Source: Paraglomus brasilianum
Lineage: Eukaryota
Reading direction: 5' to 3'
DNA: 50,662 bases
Assembly (NCBI GenBank): GCA_910592345.1
Contig: CAJVPI010000130.1
Location: forward strand, 1-50,662
This document shows, in pieces, positions 10,839 through 24,900 of this stretch. A model generated the notes under the pieces. It had not been told where the DNA came from and made no database searches. It was given only the letters and a program-made list of their open reading frames with translations. Every line of letters begins with the position of its first letter. Position 1 is the stretch's first letter. The position numbers and the translations under genes were made by a program.

Positions 10839-13800
10839 AGTTAGGATGTATTATACTCATTGCATACTTGTAACTATAAAACTAGATTTAAACTATTCAT
10901 GATAGAGCACATATCTTGCTGTTGCCTTTCTTGCATTTGTATTTAGTAATGTAGTATATAGCAGATATATAAGACAGGCATGAATTGCTACGTACGGTAT
11001 TACTTTTTGATTGTTGAAGATTTGATTTTTTGAAGCATCAATTGCTTCTGGTAGTTAAATAAATGAACTGCACGTATCATTCACACTCATTTTGTTATTA
11101 GAAACGCTCGTCGGAAAATGTCGTTAATACTATCCCCTTTCTATATACCCTTTTGGCGAAAGAGAAACGATTCTCATAATAGAATTTCAATTAACAATTG
11201 AAGATCAGGGTCATTCGGATAACGCGCGTTTACTCCCCTTTCTGTATAACCCCCAATAAAATGTGGCTGTGTAAGCAATGATTCCAAACTCGAGTGTTTT
11301 TTTTTTTGTTTGTTTCTTTACATCCCCTTTTTGCGCATCAATCAATCTGTTGAAACGACTGCGTATAGAAAATTATTGATTGATCATATGATATGCAATA
11401 ACTACTGAAAAAGTATTTAGACACGGGTGACTTTTTTTTTTCTTCAAAAAAATTTTTGTTACGTAAGCAATTTATTAGTGGATGCGTTTGTTTGAGTACC
11501 TACATGTTTCGATTTGTAATAAATTCGCCAAAAAATCAATGCGGCCCTTTCATGCAGCAAGGCATTAATAATTCTTTGTATTTTTTAGGTTTTTCTCTTT
11601 CTGTGGAGGCTCAGTAAAAATATTTAATATGAGGGGCGTTTTTTTTATATTGATTGTACTACAAAAATTTTCCCTTTATTTCTTTTGTGTTACGCAATGC
11701 CAAGAAAAGCTAACACATGAAAATTCACATGCAGACTGACATGAAAAAAAAATTTTTTTTCTTTAATGCAGGAATTTCTTTCAAAAGCACATTGTATTGA
11801 TACCTCCTTTGTTCGTAGGATTTTATATTATTATGTGTCCACCTGCTTAAATGTCTAAATTTATTCATTATAATAGCAACAGAGTTGTGACATTTTATGT
11901 ATATAACAAGGTTCACGGTTAAACGTATGACTAAGTGGGCAGATGGAACAGCTGAAACAGCACATCATGCTATCAAAAATACATACGTTATCAGTTAACA
12001 ATTGAAATAGTAATATTACTACAATGATGTCATTTGTTGCTAGCTACATAAGGAAAAAAGTTAAATAATCGTCATAGCAACCTGTATAAATCTTGTGAAT
12101 CTTTTTTAATAAATTCGCAGTTTAGGAGGAGGGTCATTTCTTTGAAAATAAGTTTTTTTTATCCCAGCCGATGTTCATTCTGGGAATCGTCTTATGCTTC
12201 GCTCGCAACTACTAATGGCACTCGCATTCTGGCATGCCTTTCTTGTGTTTTTTTTGGGGGGAGCACATTAATCTAACTGATAACAGTAAGTCTGCTTTAT
12301 CGTATATCGCATTTTCCCTATATGTCCGCGGGTCTAACCGAACTTAATTGTGAGGCTTGGTGAAGGTTCTACATAACTGATGTCATGTTCGTATAACATC
12401 TACAGTCGATTGGGGCAATAGCATTGCTCTTAATTATCATACGCATCTATTTATTGTGAAAGCTGTAATGTATATGCATGCATTAGAGAGGATTTGTGTT
12501 TACCAAAAATGGTAACTTTATTTTGTTATTGGTTGCTCATTGTACTTGTCAAAAGTAGTAAATAATAGCAACAGCAACGTAATACAACAAATACAATTGA
12601 AATAATGTACAAAGACATCATCACAATACATATTTATGTATGACTTGACCTCGTTACTTAACATATTAATATATGCAGGGCAATTTTGCAGCAAGGTTAT
12701 GGGCGTGAGTCCAATCCTCAAACAGAGACAGCCAGTAGTTGACCACCTGGCAAAAATCAGACTAGTTAATCTGAGACGGTATTTTAATAACAACTCCAGG
12801 CTTTTATAATAAATGTCGCGGCTGATACTGAAATCCGGCTGAAGCTGAAACTAACCAATGGGGTTAGAGAATAGAATCTGATCAACCAATGAAAGATCAT
12901 GGTTAGCTTTAGCCGGATTTCAGCATCTTGCTCCCACAAAATAATAATATTAAATATATATATATATTGTGAATCAAACAAAAGTTTGTTTTAGCTGCAA
13001 CAAGGGGCAAGTCTATTTAGAGTTGTTAGAAAACATAGAAGCATTAATATTCTTTTTGAGATGTCTGAAGATAAGCCTATTTCATTTAATTATTCAAATA
13101 ATTTAAATGCTGTAAGACTAATTTATAATTATATTTATTTATTTATTCGATATTTATGAATATTAATATCGTTGATGTAGTTGAAGAATAGTCAATCCAC
13201 CTCGCTGATTATGATAAAGACTAAAGTAGCTTTATATTACCAGTCGCCAAACACAAATATTCTACCGTGTCATCGTATATACTATAATAACTGTTTTGCT
13301 TACTGATGCTATGAGCCTGGAACTTTAGTGGTATACAACATAAGTATATACACATATATTAATATGAAGATAATAAACATCTTAGCATTGTTTCTTTCTA
13401 ATTCCAAACTATATCTTGGGTTTTTCAAATATAATAATAATTAACAATTTTTCGCAATATGATTGGTATAAATTTAAATTTAGCTTTGGGTTTACTATTA
13501 GAAGAATTTATTAATTAATTATAAAATAAAATCATTTCTCTATGAGGGCTAGCTAAATCTTGGGCACTATGTGATTGGTGCTGGAATGCTCCTGCTGCAA
13601 TATTTAGCTGATACAATTGACTGTCATACAAATAAAAGAAAGGTTCATTAATTGAAAAATAAATTATAATTATAAATTATTATTTTTGAACCACACCATG
13701 TGTTTTACATTTATATTGACAAAAATTTACCGCTGCCTTCTTCAAAGCATAAGGCACTCAGTTATTAAATAAAAGGTTGTTATTGTTATTAACTTACGTT

Positions 13801-14619
13801 GGTATTAATTACTAAACCTAAGACGTCAGACAGTTTTCCATGATATTTTAATTTATAAGCTGTATAATAATATTCATATTATCAGAATCTGCAAGATGAA
13901 CTTGACCAAATTCTCTACATGTTTATACCTAATTTTTTAAATAGTAAACTTACCGACATTATTCTTGCATATAGCGACTGAATATAACAATAAAATCTTT
14001 AGTTTTGAACAAGCACTGATTGAAGAAAGGGAAACCGGACCTAGCCTTTAGATCAACTGGATTTTGAAGCTATCCAGCCACTTCAATTTTAATCGAAAAT
14101 TTCGGCTGTGTATGAAAGCTGACAAGCTTAATTCAATTTGATTACAACTTCTAAATATCCCGTTATAAACAGCATTATATTTTATAAATATTACTTGTAA
14201 GCGAGAATAAAAATCTTTTTGAAACCATTCTAACCCTTTTATAAATAGTCAATCTGTTGTTCCAGTGCCTCCTGGTCCAATATATGTGAATGACATTCAG
14301 CATTCAATCAAGTTGGATTTCTTGAAATATGCGACTACAGAAACTGCTAAAGCTATTTTTTTGACAGCTAGTACATGAGAAAGCAAATGTCTACAAGACT
14401 AACTGAAACAATAAAGAGGCTTGGCCTAATAAGACTTGCATCGATCCCTGCAATCAATAACTGTTCAAAAAAAGTTAGATCTTTAAAAAGCGGTTTAACT
14501 AATGAAACAATTAATAAGAAATAAGTACGCCGACCGATATGTCAATTCTTCGGTAAATGCGCTTAATTTATTGATTTCGTTTTAACACTACATCTCGTTC
14601 AGTTTAGTTTAAAATGCTA

Positions 14620-14720
14620 TTTTACCTTTTCTTGACTTCTCAAATTATGCAGATAGTCTATTGAGTTTCAAGATCAGGACTCCTGGGAAGGAGTTGCTAA
14701 ATAAAACGACTGGTTAGATT
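14620..14720 (-). mobile_element. Possible Tc1/IS630 transposase C-terminal remnant inside an AT-rich decayed block (~11700-14950)
   Basis: Minus strand gives LLPRSPDL and, after a frameshift, NSIDYL, resembling the Tc1 motif P.SPDLNPIE.LW. The surrounding sequence is full of stops. Confidence 0.3.
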
Positions 14721-14987
14721 CTCCTACACACATAGGTTGAAGAACTTTTACACCTGCTTATAGTCTCATAGCGATTCTTCCATAAAGTTTAAAGCTGTCA
14801 TAGACATGTTCGATTAATTACCTCCTTCAGCACTCTCTTCCAATGCCCTAATAACGCTACTCAAGAATCAACGATTATGCAGATTACATGCTATACAGTT
14901 TTTTGCTCGCCTTTGATTACTGGCTCAAGTGAGTATGATGCTTTCGTTGACGCTCACATCTTTCCGGTAGTATAGTGCATTGATCCC

Positions 14988-15248
14988 GCCGAATGCGTCT
15001 TGACTGATCACATTTTGAACACTCGCAGTTGTTTCATGAAAAAAAAATAAAGCTTTTCCTCCTCCGAAATACAACTCAGCCAAATGCGTTTTGACCGATC
15101 ACTTTTTAAACACTCGCAGTTGTTTCATGAAAAAAAAAAAAAACTTTTCTTCCGAATCCAAACCAGCCGAATGCGTCTTGACTGATCAATTTTTGAACAC
15201 TTGCGGAAAAAAGAATAAGCTTTTTCCTCCTCCGAAATACAAACCAGT
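14988..15248. repeat. Tandem repeat, ~90-bp unit x3 (third copy partly deleted)
   Basis: GCC(G/A)AATGCGT(C/T)TTGAC(T/C)GATCA...AACACT...TCCGAA units starting near 14988, 15079 and 15166. Confidence 0.85.
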
Positions 15249-15938
15249 AATCAGTTCAGGCTTACGTTTGAATGATCGGAGAAGAGGATTTTAAGGGGCA
15301 TTAGTTTCCCCCGATAGGTGTTGGAAATTTTTGTGTATATTAATAAACATAGACACTATATGCTTTCGTTAACGGAAATAGTTTTAATTTGTGGACGTCT
15401 TCTCACCAAAAATACAATCGTTTCACCGATGTTACTCGAGAACTTGAATAGAGTTTCCATTAAGAACATCTTTAGCATTACGGGTGAAACATGGAAAGAG
15501 CATTCAGAATCCATACCAGTATGTCCCGGTTACGGTGAAACATGGGAAACGTTTTTCCATTATCTTAGATGTAATAGTGATGATAACTTGAAAGATGAAC
15601 AGACATTAATCTGAATGAAACTGTTGTGCAAGGAAACTTGCTCTGGTGGGGTTTTACGAAAGATACCGTCCAATTGAGCAACGCTTTCCTTCTTGGTTCA
15701 AGATACAAACATGACCGACTAACGAGAACAACGGTTAGTCATTAAAGACTAGTCATGATCTGATGACTTGAAATCAAACCCCCTGTTGGCTCTAAATCAA
15801 TGGCACAATAGAAATCAAGCGATTCACATAGTTCTTGATCAACGAGAATTGGCTTCGGATTTGAAAAGATCGTTACGCTCTACAACAACAAAATGATGAA
15901 TGGTTGAATACGCACGCATACGCACACACGCACACACG

Positions 15939-15943
<5 letters not shown>

Positions 15944-16020
<77 letters not shown>
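15944..16020. repeat. (GA)n microsatellite flanked by CA-rich tracts
   Basis: About 38 uninterrupted GA units. Confidence 0.97.
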
Positions 16021-16022
<2 letters not shown>

Positions 16023-16724
16023 ACGCAGAAACGCAGACACACAGACACACACAAAACGCAGAAACACATTCTTCTTTCTTTCTCTCTCCCTCTCCCTCTG
16101 TCATTCTCGGCAGAGTTAAGCTTCTCTTTTGCATTGACAACAGGAAAATAAAACAGTGGCGCAGGGGTTTTTTTGTTATTACCTTCATTAGCGCTTTTTG
16201 TACGCAGTACGTAAGCTTAAACAGGAAAGAGAAATCAGCCGTATCACGCTTCCGGGCGTGACAGAGTTAATCCCGAGGGGAAGAAGGGAAAAAAAAAAAG
16301 ATACGTACCAGTCAACTACATCAAAAAAAATGTCATGCACAAAAAGTAGGTACATGTTCCCACGTAGAATGTTCGTTCGCATGTTAACATTATTTCAGCC
16401 ACTTGTTTGTCTCTCATGTTTGTTCTGATGTCTGAATCCTCAGATTCGGATGTCCGGATAATGAGTAATAGGGAGAGAGAGGGGTTTTGTCGTTAATAAG
16501 CAAACCGGTAAATAATAAAATATTCACTGTGCAAGCAGACTAGTTGGCATTAATGTTATTCCGGCCAATAATAGTAAGAACCCCTGAAAGCTTTTGTCAC
16601 GCCATTTATCCCCATTCATGCTTTTATAATATTGTTGTCATCCATTCACACCATTCATGTCATCATGTAACATATGTACTGGATAATTACTTGACTTTGG
16701 GTCCGTTTTTGCTCTATATATAAC

Positions 16725-16820
16725 TGTCTTTGTTGCTGTGATGGTTGTTGTGGTTGTTATGGTTGTTGTTGTCGTCGTCTTCGTTGTCGTCCGTCGTTGT
16801 CGTCGTCCGTTGTCGCTGCG
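16725..16820. repeat. Low-complexity (GTT/GTC)n trinucleotide tract
   Basis: gttgttgtggttgttatggttgttgttgtcgtcgtc... Confidence 0.7.
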
Positions 16821-18924
16821 TCATTCTCTTACTATCGTCCCATTGTCTTAACCGTTTCATCTCCACAACCTCGCCTCAAGTTAACGTGTTACACATCACC
16901 TGATCGTACCCTTATTAACACTCCTTATCGCCGATCTCAACATCCCAGATTTTCGGAACTAAACTTTAATTGGTATATAACCGGCGCGACAAAATTTAAC
17001 GCGTGGAGCCGTCATTAGATGACACGTCGTACCATCTTTTTTTCATCTAACTAATACAAACAATTAGTCATTGTTGACGGTTAATAGTACATTGACTACG
17101 TTTCCAATATGGGGATGTTGTGGATATATATGGATGTTATACATAATGTATGAAATATTTTAACGGGGATTCTGCGAATATTTATGACCAAGTAAAACGC
17201 TATGCAATGCGGGGAAAAAAAAAAGATAGAGATTTTTTTTTCCTTCTTACTACGAATTGGTGGTTTAAAAGATGTTCTTTAATGACTTGAGTCATGCAGG
17301 AGAGCATATGTTATATATGCAATCACACATTCTTATGTTATTTCATGCTGCGAATATTATGCATATTACGTATGTTTATGTATATTATTAGTTCATTTAG
17401 GCTATTCTCTTTTCTGTGTACGTCTTGTAATATTATCATACATCAATCAGCATACATACATTTATATATATATACAAACATACACATATAACTATACGTA
17501 TATGTACATGTATGTATACATATATATACATATACACAAACAGAACAACATAACACAAACTCATATTCAAAAACCTACATAATACACCCATCCTTATTAT
17601 ACTTATAGTTACCCGACTCATCCAGATCATCTAGCACGCAGCATCTTATATAGCCGATCGTATCTACAGAAGGCAAGCAGGCGCATGGTGCATCCGATAG
17701 AGAGGTAACATCGTCTTGATGCGGAAAACCTTGAAAAGGCGTGACTTCTGCATTTTGTAATTTTTTTTCTTACGACCAGCCTCTCTTCTTTGTCAATCAC
17801 ACGGAGATTGCTTATGTCCTCACCTCATAAACCACTAATCTAAAAAACAGCACACGAAGAACAAACCGTATTCGAAACATATTATCGATTGAACGATATA
17901 TTATGCCTTCAGCTGTGCTCCGTCTCCGATTCACCAATAATCCAATTGACCACCATTGATTCACTCTTTTGTGTTGAGAAGTCTCGCAACCCTCTCGTTT
18001 TCCCTTTAACGCAATCCTCTATCACTCGGAGAACCCTCTCGTTGCTTTAACCTTCGCAACTCCCAATCAATTGGATTGTTTTTGGTATGAATATTCACTG
18101 TAAATTCTAAGCCGAGGTAAACGCCATTTCTGATAACTTTTGATTGTGAAAGCATTTGACATTGTATGTGGTGTATATATACGAACTTATTGACATACCC
18201 TAATACTTTATTACAACAAAAATAATAAAATGTGAAATTGTTCATAGGTGAAATTGTTATAAGAATCCCTGGAGAATACGAACAACCCGCCATCTTATAG
18301 GAAGGAAATTTGTATGTATAATATGTCATATATCCCCTTACTTGGGGATTGCTTATGTAGTGGCGGGAAGTTCTCTAGAGGAATATGATATAGCTTAAGT
18401 GTAAGAATCTTGGGCCGGTTTCTCATATGTTTAATAAAAAAAAAAGAAATTTCACGAAATTAAAAAGTTTAGCCCGTTTGACTAATTGCGAAATCGAAAA
18501 AGAATGGGGAAGGTTTGAAGAATGAATGCGAAAAGTGAAAAATCAAACTAAAAATACAATATTAAAGAAGGGGGAATAAAATGGAAAATCGAGAAGAGAA
18601 GGTGAAGGGCTTGAAAAAACAGAGGGGATAAAAAAAGGGAGGAATGAAGAAATTAGGGAAGCGCGCAAGGGAAAAAAGAAGAGACATGAACTGCGCGCAA
18701 ACAGTCCATCTCTTTAATTATACTTACATCTTACACATGATATATACATATACATATATATATATCACGTCTTATATCTTACCTTATTTTTACCCCGCTT
18801 AGAATCAAGCCCACGCCCCCGATTGTGTTTTTTTCCATATATATACCCCCTTCTCTTTGCATAGGATAATGATAATATAATTCATAGCATAGTCCGCATC
18901 CAGACTTCATAAGCGAAGGTGTTG

Positions 18925-21900
18925 TTAAGTCGTGTGCAACACGTTCACACCTCCAGCCCCACTGTATGTCGAAACATTATTGTACGATTCAGCGTGACGA
19001 CGCATGTTTTCTATGACCGTCGCCGGAAGAAGACGATGGAACGCATCACGTTTCAAAGTAATTAGGCGAACGGATCCACAAGCTTTGATTGTTGCTTGAC
19101 GTGGAGTGTCGTTTAGCAAGGCAAGTTCTGAAATTAAAAGTCAAAGATTGTAAAGACGGGATTCATGATAGACAGAGTGCGAAAAAGAAACCAAGAGAAC
19201 AAAGAATCTAGTAGTAGTTATTACACGGAATACATTGTTTCCGGTTTCGTTTGAAAAAGCTCTCTCTCGCACACATATTTCCTTTTTATCGTATTTTCCA
19301 ATGCTCATACCCATCTCCTCACCCCCTCATCAACCCCACACACAAGGGATTTCCTTCTTATCGTGGTATTTTCCAATGCTCATACCCATCTCCTCACCCC
19401 CTCATCAACCCTACACACAAGGAAAGCCCAAACTTACCACCAAAATACTTTCCGGGTCCAAGACTTGGCAACTGAATCTCTCGTCTTCCATCGTGCTTCA
19501 CCAAATCCACAGACCCGACCTCAATAACGTAAAACAGTTCCCCGGTCTCTCCTTGACGGACAACCGTATCACCATCTTCATACTTGACTGCTTCCATAGA
19601 ATCGGCGAGTTTGGCAATTTCCTCAGGCTCTAGTGAGTCGAATATTTGTACTTCGCGGAGAAAGCCCTCGTATACTCTATTTCTGTTATAGGCGATTTTT
19701 GTTACTATACGATTGTAGGTGGTTCTATCTATCGCCCAGAGTGTACCGTTTGTTATGGCTTTTACGGTGGCTGTACGTGGATTCTATAAATATTGATGAT
19801 AGACAAATGTGAATGTGAGTGATAAGTAAGAACACACACACATAAAGCTCGAAACCCATCCAAGCACGTAACCCCTTTCATTCAACTTACAGTGTACATT
19901 AAAGCGAGTTCACCGAACGATCCGCCACTTCCAACAGTGGTAACAAATGCATCATCTACGTGGACGGAGAACAATCCATGAATAACAACATAGAAGAGTT
20001 CGGCAGGTGATCCTTGTTTGATGACACATTCGCCCATCAACACGGTTCTTTCAAACATGGCATCGTACTTTATAAAAAGGAAAGTGATGGACATGTGTCA
20101 GTGGTGGCGATTCAAAAGCGAGTAGTGAATAGAGCATATAGCGTTTTTCTTTCCATTCATCAATCTATACGTATAAAAAGCATCCCCTTCCATTGCCCAA
20201 TTTCCCCCACCAAATACTCACGATGTGCTCTCTAGTTTCAGGATCCAAATTCTTAAAAAGCAAATTTTGCCGAGTTGCCTCTTCGATCTGTTTTATGATA
20301 ATCGGAGTCTTGTGGATTGGTGTTGGCAACGATGAGTCTGCTGGACGGATCGATTCGCCGCTAACGGAATAACGACGTTTCCCGCAAGGATGTTTGATGC
20401 GATGGCCTTGTGGAATGGGTGCGAATGCCGGAGTATAATTTTCGTCCATTTCGTTGGAGTCCATATGTGATCTAATGATTCATAAGAGTGAACACGATGA
20501 TACATGTTAGCAAGATCTTGTGCAAAACGGCGCATATGTATGTGAAAGGTAGGGGAAAGAGAGAGAGGAGAGGAGGAGGAGGAGGAGGAGGAGGAGGAGG
20601 AGGAGGAAGGGGGGGATTTCTCGTAGAAATAAGTCTCTCGTAAAATATGAACCCAGATACTTACTGATGATCAGCTTCTTCTAACCTTAGTCTTTTCCGG
20701 CTGTCATCTGATATTGATTAAAGAACGTAAGAATTAGTAATTCGAACAAAATTTAGAAACAACCCAGTTTATGATCAACTTTTTCGATCCTTTCACGTTC
20801 CTCTAATCTAACTACCAAAAAGGTTCTCGGGCATTTTTGACTGGTTGCCAAGAGTACACTCTTATGATTACAATAATCGCTAGTATATTATATACTCGAG
20901 ACGATTCATGATAATATCTTCCCTGATGTACAGATCATTCGGTTCCATGATCTGATTCAGTCACCTTTCTCGTCTTTTCACCCCTTTCCCCAATCCCTTC
21001 ACCCCAGTCGCATCCTATAGCATCTACTCTTTTGGCAGTCCCCTTCCCTTAACCCACTACCTCTCCCCCACCCTCACACGTACTCGTTGACCCATTGACA
21101 AAACTCCCGTGTCGATCGCCAGAGGCAATATTCTTGACGTCTTCGGGATATTTACCAAACATATCCTGCTGCGGGTTCCACGGAAGAAGATATACGGTTT
21201 AAGAGGGAGTCCGTAAGCATCAGCACAGGGCATAATGTGGATTAATCGGATTGAGTCGCGTCGATTTATAAGGTATGGTTGATTGTTTTGTTTCCGTGGA
21301 TGATTGATTGATTATCCGCAAAGTGAGAGAGATCGGTAAAAGAGGGGGAGAGGAAGAAAGAAGAAAAAAAAAAGATTAATGAGAACGAGATGATAATGAC
21401 GTTAGATTAATTACGTAATTCGCAATGATTTCAGTTATGATTTACGTGTCTCGAAAAAGAAGGGGAGAGAAATCTGTCAAAAAATGAACGGTTTAGATGG
21501 ATCTAACACGAATAGACGAGATGACGTGAAATTTCCGAATTGTCAAGTGATGCATGGGTGCTATCTAAAAAGATCAGGGGAAAGTAACATGATTGAAAAA
21601 GTAACGATTTCCGCAGGCACCCGATGAATTAACACATTACAGCATACATGGTGAGTGGGTGTTTTTTTTTTTTCAGTAAAAAGGAAATTGGGGAGTGAAG
21701 GAGAATGATGCAAATAGTAATCATAATAGCAAGTATCGATCATTAATATAGGAACAAGTTTTAGATATAAATAAGGTTTTTACCGAGTAACGCAAATGGT
21801 CCGTTGGTTCCTTCTTGTTTTCTTGCTGGACTGTGCGTATACAAGCGATCAGAAACTCATAGACATCTTGAGGGTCGTGTTTTTCTAACGCACCTTTCAA

Positions 21901-21960
21901 CTCTGAGAGGAGGCTGTTTATGTCACAGCGCATAGAGTGATCAGGCCTATGATCTTGCAT
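18925..21960 (-). CDS. pkaR: cAMP-dependent protein kinase regulatory subunit (7 exons, ~426 aa)
   Basis: Exons 21960-21784, 21168(or 21165)-21084, 20707-20665, 20471-20222, 20067-19891, 19783-19438, 19127-18925. Phase-compatible; total 1281 nt. N-terminal D/D-like helices (LLSELKGALEKHDPQDVYEFL), inhibitor site RRYSVSGES, CNB-A FGELALMYTNPRTAT, CNB-B YFGELALLNDTPRQAT. Exons 4-7 are firm; exons 1-3 are less certain. Confidence 0.9.
19277..19422. repeat. ~72-bp tandem duplication within the last pkaR intron
   Basis: ATTTCCTT...CCAATGCTCATACCCATCTCCTCACCCCCTCATCAACCC.ACACACAAGG occurs at 19277-19347 and again at 19349-19422. Confidence 0.9.
20569..20608. repeat. (GAG)n microsatellite in a pkaR intron
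   Basis: About 12 GAG/GGA units. Confidence 0.9.
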
Positions 21961-24900
21961 GAAGTAAATCAGCGGGGGAGGGGAACAGCCTTAATAATTT
22001 CTTTTTTTTTTCCCTTTATATATATAAATATATATGTTTCTCTCAGTTTAGGACTTAATGACTTGGAGGGGGTGGGTGATTGAAAGGAATAAGAATAGAC
22101 CAAGTAATGTACAGTAGATAATGAGCAGATTGAGGCCAATATCTAAGATCACAGATTATACGTATAGAGGGAGAAGGGAAATAAAAGAAAAAAAAAAAGA
22201 GAAAGGAAAAAAGAGAAGGGGGGGGCGTGGGTGAGGATGAGAGCGAGAGGAAAGATGAGTCGTAATATAGGCGAGATTATAAACGAAATTTGGAAGTCGG
22301 TCAGAGCTGAACGGATACTTTTTTTGGGACTGTGGCACGTAAGGAGAGGGACAGAACGAAGACGCGCGCAAGGGAGCGTGAGGTATAAATGTCGCGTATT
22401 TTAGTCTTTTATATTGGAGAGTTCACTGTGTGGGAACGATATCTTACAGATGAGTTACAGATGTGCGTGGAAGATATGCCGAAAACGACAAGAGAGATGT
22501 GTCAAGAGGCATGATTGCTGTAGAAAAAGTATTAATAGTAATGATATGTATGACATAATATTAAAAATGGGGTGAATTAAATTTATACAAGCTGAAGATG
22601 AATGGCGAGTCAAATATACAGAGTACAATGAATACACAATGAATAATATGAATAATGCATAAACTGAATGTTCCAATTTATAAACTATATTTATATTTAT
22701 ATTCATTACATCATAAATGATAGCACAGTATAATTATGGTTATTTATACATGTTCATTATTAGTACAGTATGATCAACTAATATATTGGTACTGTATACT
22801 ATATATTATTTATACTTTTTATTCTTTGGAATGGTTACACTCTATATCTTATACAGTAGCTATTTACCACCTTGTGTCCATCGATCATAATAATAAAACG
22901 ATCATCACCCCTCCCATTAAATTTAAATAGACCCCATATAATGATGATCACATAACGATAATGCGCCCATGCAACTCAAGGGGGGATATACCGATAAGTC
23001 GATGATCCCTCTATGGTTGCCATCAATGCTTGATTGTGGCTAATTTGGGCAGTTGCATTGTGGCTTAGAACTGCTTTAGACATCTTGTGATTCCAGACGT
23101 TCCCTCAATCGTCCATTCCCACGGTGTAGGTCAAGAGTATTGATGGCTGATGTCTACTACTACGACTGAGAAAGAGATTATGAGAGGGAGATTATGTGAG
23201 GGAGATTATGTGAGGGAGAGAGAGAGCGAACGAGAGAGAGATGACAAAAGAGCAGAGCATGGTAGGAATTAACACAAAAATATTTTACCACCACTAAAAA
23301 TGGGGGCTTTTTTTCATTCATTAGTAATCAATCTTGCACAGTTGGCTGATGAAACAAAGATAAGAATGAATGAATTGATTATGATGATAATGAGCATCAA
23401 TTTAATTGCTGATTAGATTGTCCAATTACTTTAAAAATGTACATATTTCATCCCATGACTATACAAGACTGCATTGAAAAACTACACACAGCATCTCAAT
23501 GTCTCCATCTGTATGTCTTACGGTATGCATACAGACACCGCCGCGATACTCGATTACTTTATATATTCATATTACATACTGTAATGGCATCATACTGCTT
23601 AATCATCTTACATATCGTTTTTGTATGATTGGTTTGATGACCGTTGGCTATGTTTCATCTCTTGACGTGCAGCTGACATGCAGTATAACAATGCATCCTG
23701 AATTGGGTGGGGTAAAGGAATGGGTATATGGGTGACCGGAGAGGGGAAGGGATGCGGGGGCAGGTGAGAATGAGAGAAAAAAAAAGGTGGGGTAAAAATG
23801 AAACAAGCCGGAAAAGTTTTAGGACGATGAATGAGTGAACTGGTGAACAAGAGTAAAATACAATGAGCGTGAGTGGATACAAGTAAGCAATGAATATGAA
23901 TGAATTAAACCATAGCCGATAACATAGGTGACATAGATGACATAATTATTTATGTTATCCATGTTATAAACACATATCCACATGTTTCTTACTCATTGTT
24001 CGGTGAAAAGTATGCAGCTATTGGTAGTGAGCAGCACGCATACGAACAAGTCATATTTACATTGCTCGTGGTTGTGCTGTGAATTTGTTATCAAGGGCGT
24101 AGACCATGTATTACCATATGCAATTAGCATCCGCAGAACGAGGATTGAATGATTGAACGATTGAATGAATGAATGAATGGTTTCCTTCTATATAAACCCC
24201 AATCTATAAAATCGGTAACAAAATATATCTGTATGACACACTCTCGTATCATGCTTTGGTCATATGTGTGTTGTTTATCCCTGTTAATCCCTTTTGTCTA
24301 TCTCGATTTTCAAAAACATGTTCCAATTACGTTCGTTGATTTCTCTTTTTTTTTTTTTTTTTCTTCAATCGGCCACTCCATGATCTTTTTTTCCATTCCA
24401 AACTCTAAATCTCATACTCCTCTTCTTCTTCTTATCGGATGGATGGAACAAATAAAATTAAATGTAATCATGTGGAATGCTAATACTCGATGTAATATTT
24501 GATCAGAGATCATGATTTATTATCACATATTAGCAAGCTATGCACAACCACAATACACATATTAATTCGTCCTCCTATATTCTTATTCGATAGGAGTTTA
24601 TCCGCACATCCACGTTCTGTTTATTTCTCTCGTGCTCACCAAGTGTCATATTGCTATTTCCAGTTCATAAATTTTGCAGTCGTGCCACAATTCTGTTGTG
24701 TATCACGTGTACACATGCTAAATATGTATCATAAGCAATGAGGGGGGAGGAGAAGGCAATGTTTATGTTGTGGGGGTAACACGATTGGATAAACAACAAG
24801 TCGAATTTTTTGAATCACTAGATAAATGGGGTTAGTCGAGGGAAAATAAATCAGATGCGATTAATCGGGAAATGGTCATCATGTTTGCTATCCACATCAG

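Noticed and set aside
15839..16188. ORFs with ER/SL dipeptide runs
   Set aside because: Artefacts of the (GA)n microsatellite.
17575..17750. Minus-strand exon-like segment ending ...DGCIM* (possible prenylated peptide or G-gamma)
   Set aside because: Cys is third from the end, so this is not a CaaX motif. No supportable upstream exons or homology.
19050..19127. PRQAT in pkaR site B as an unusual substitution
   Set aside because: Gln at this position also occurs in yeast Bcy1 site B, so it is normal for fungi.
19235..19633. 132-aa plus-strand ORF with an internal repeat
   Set aside because: Antisense to a pkaR exon and its intronic duplication.
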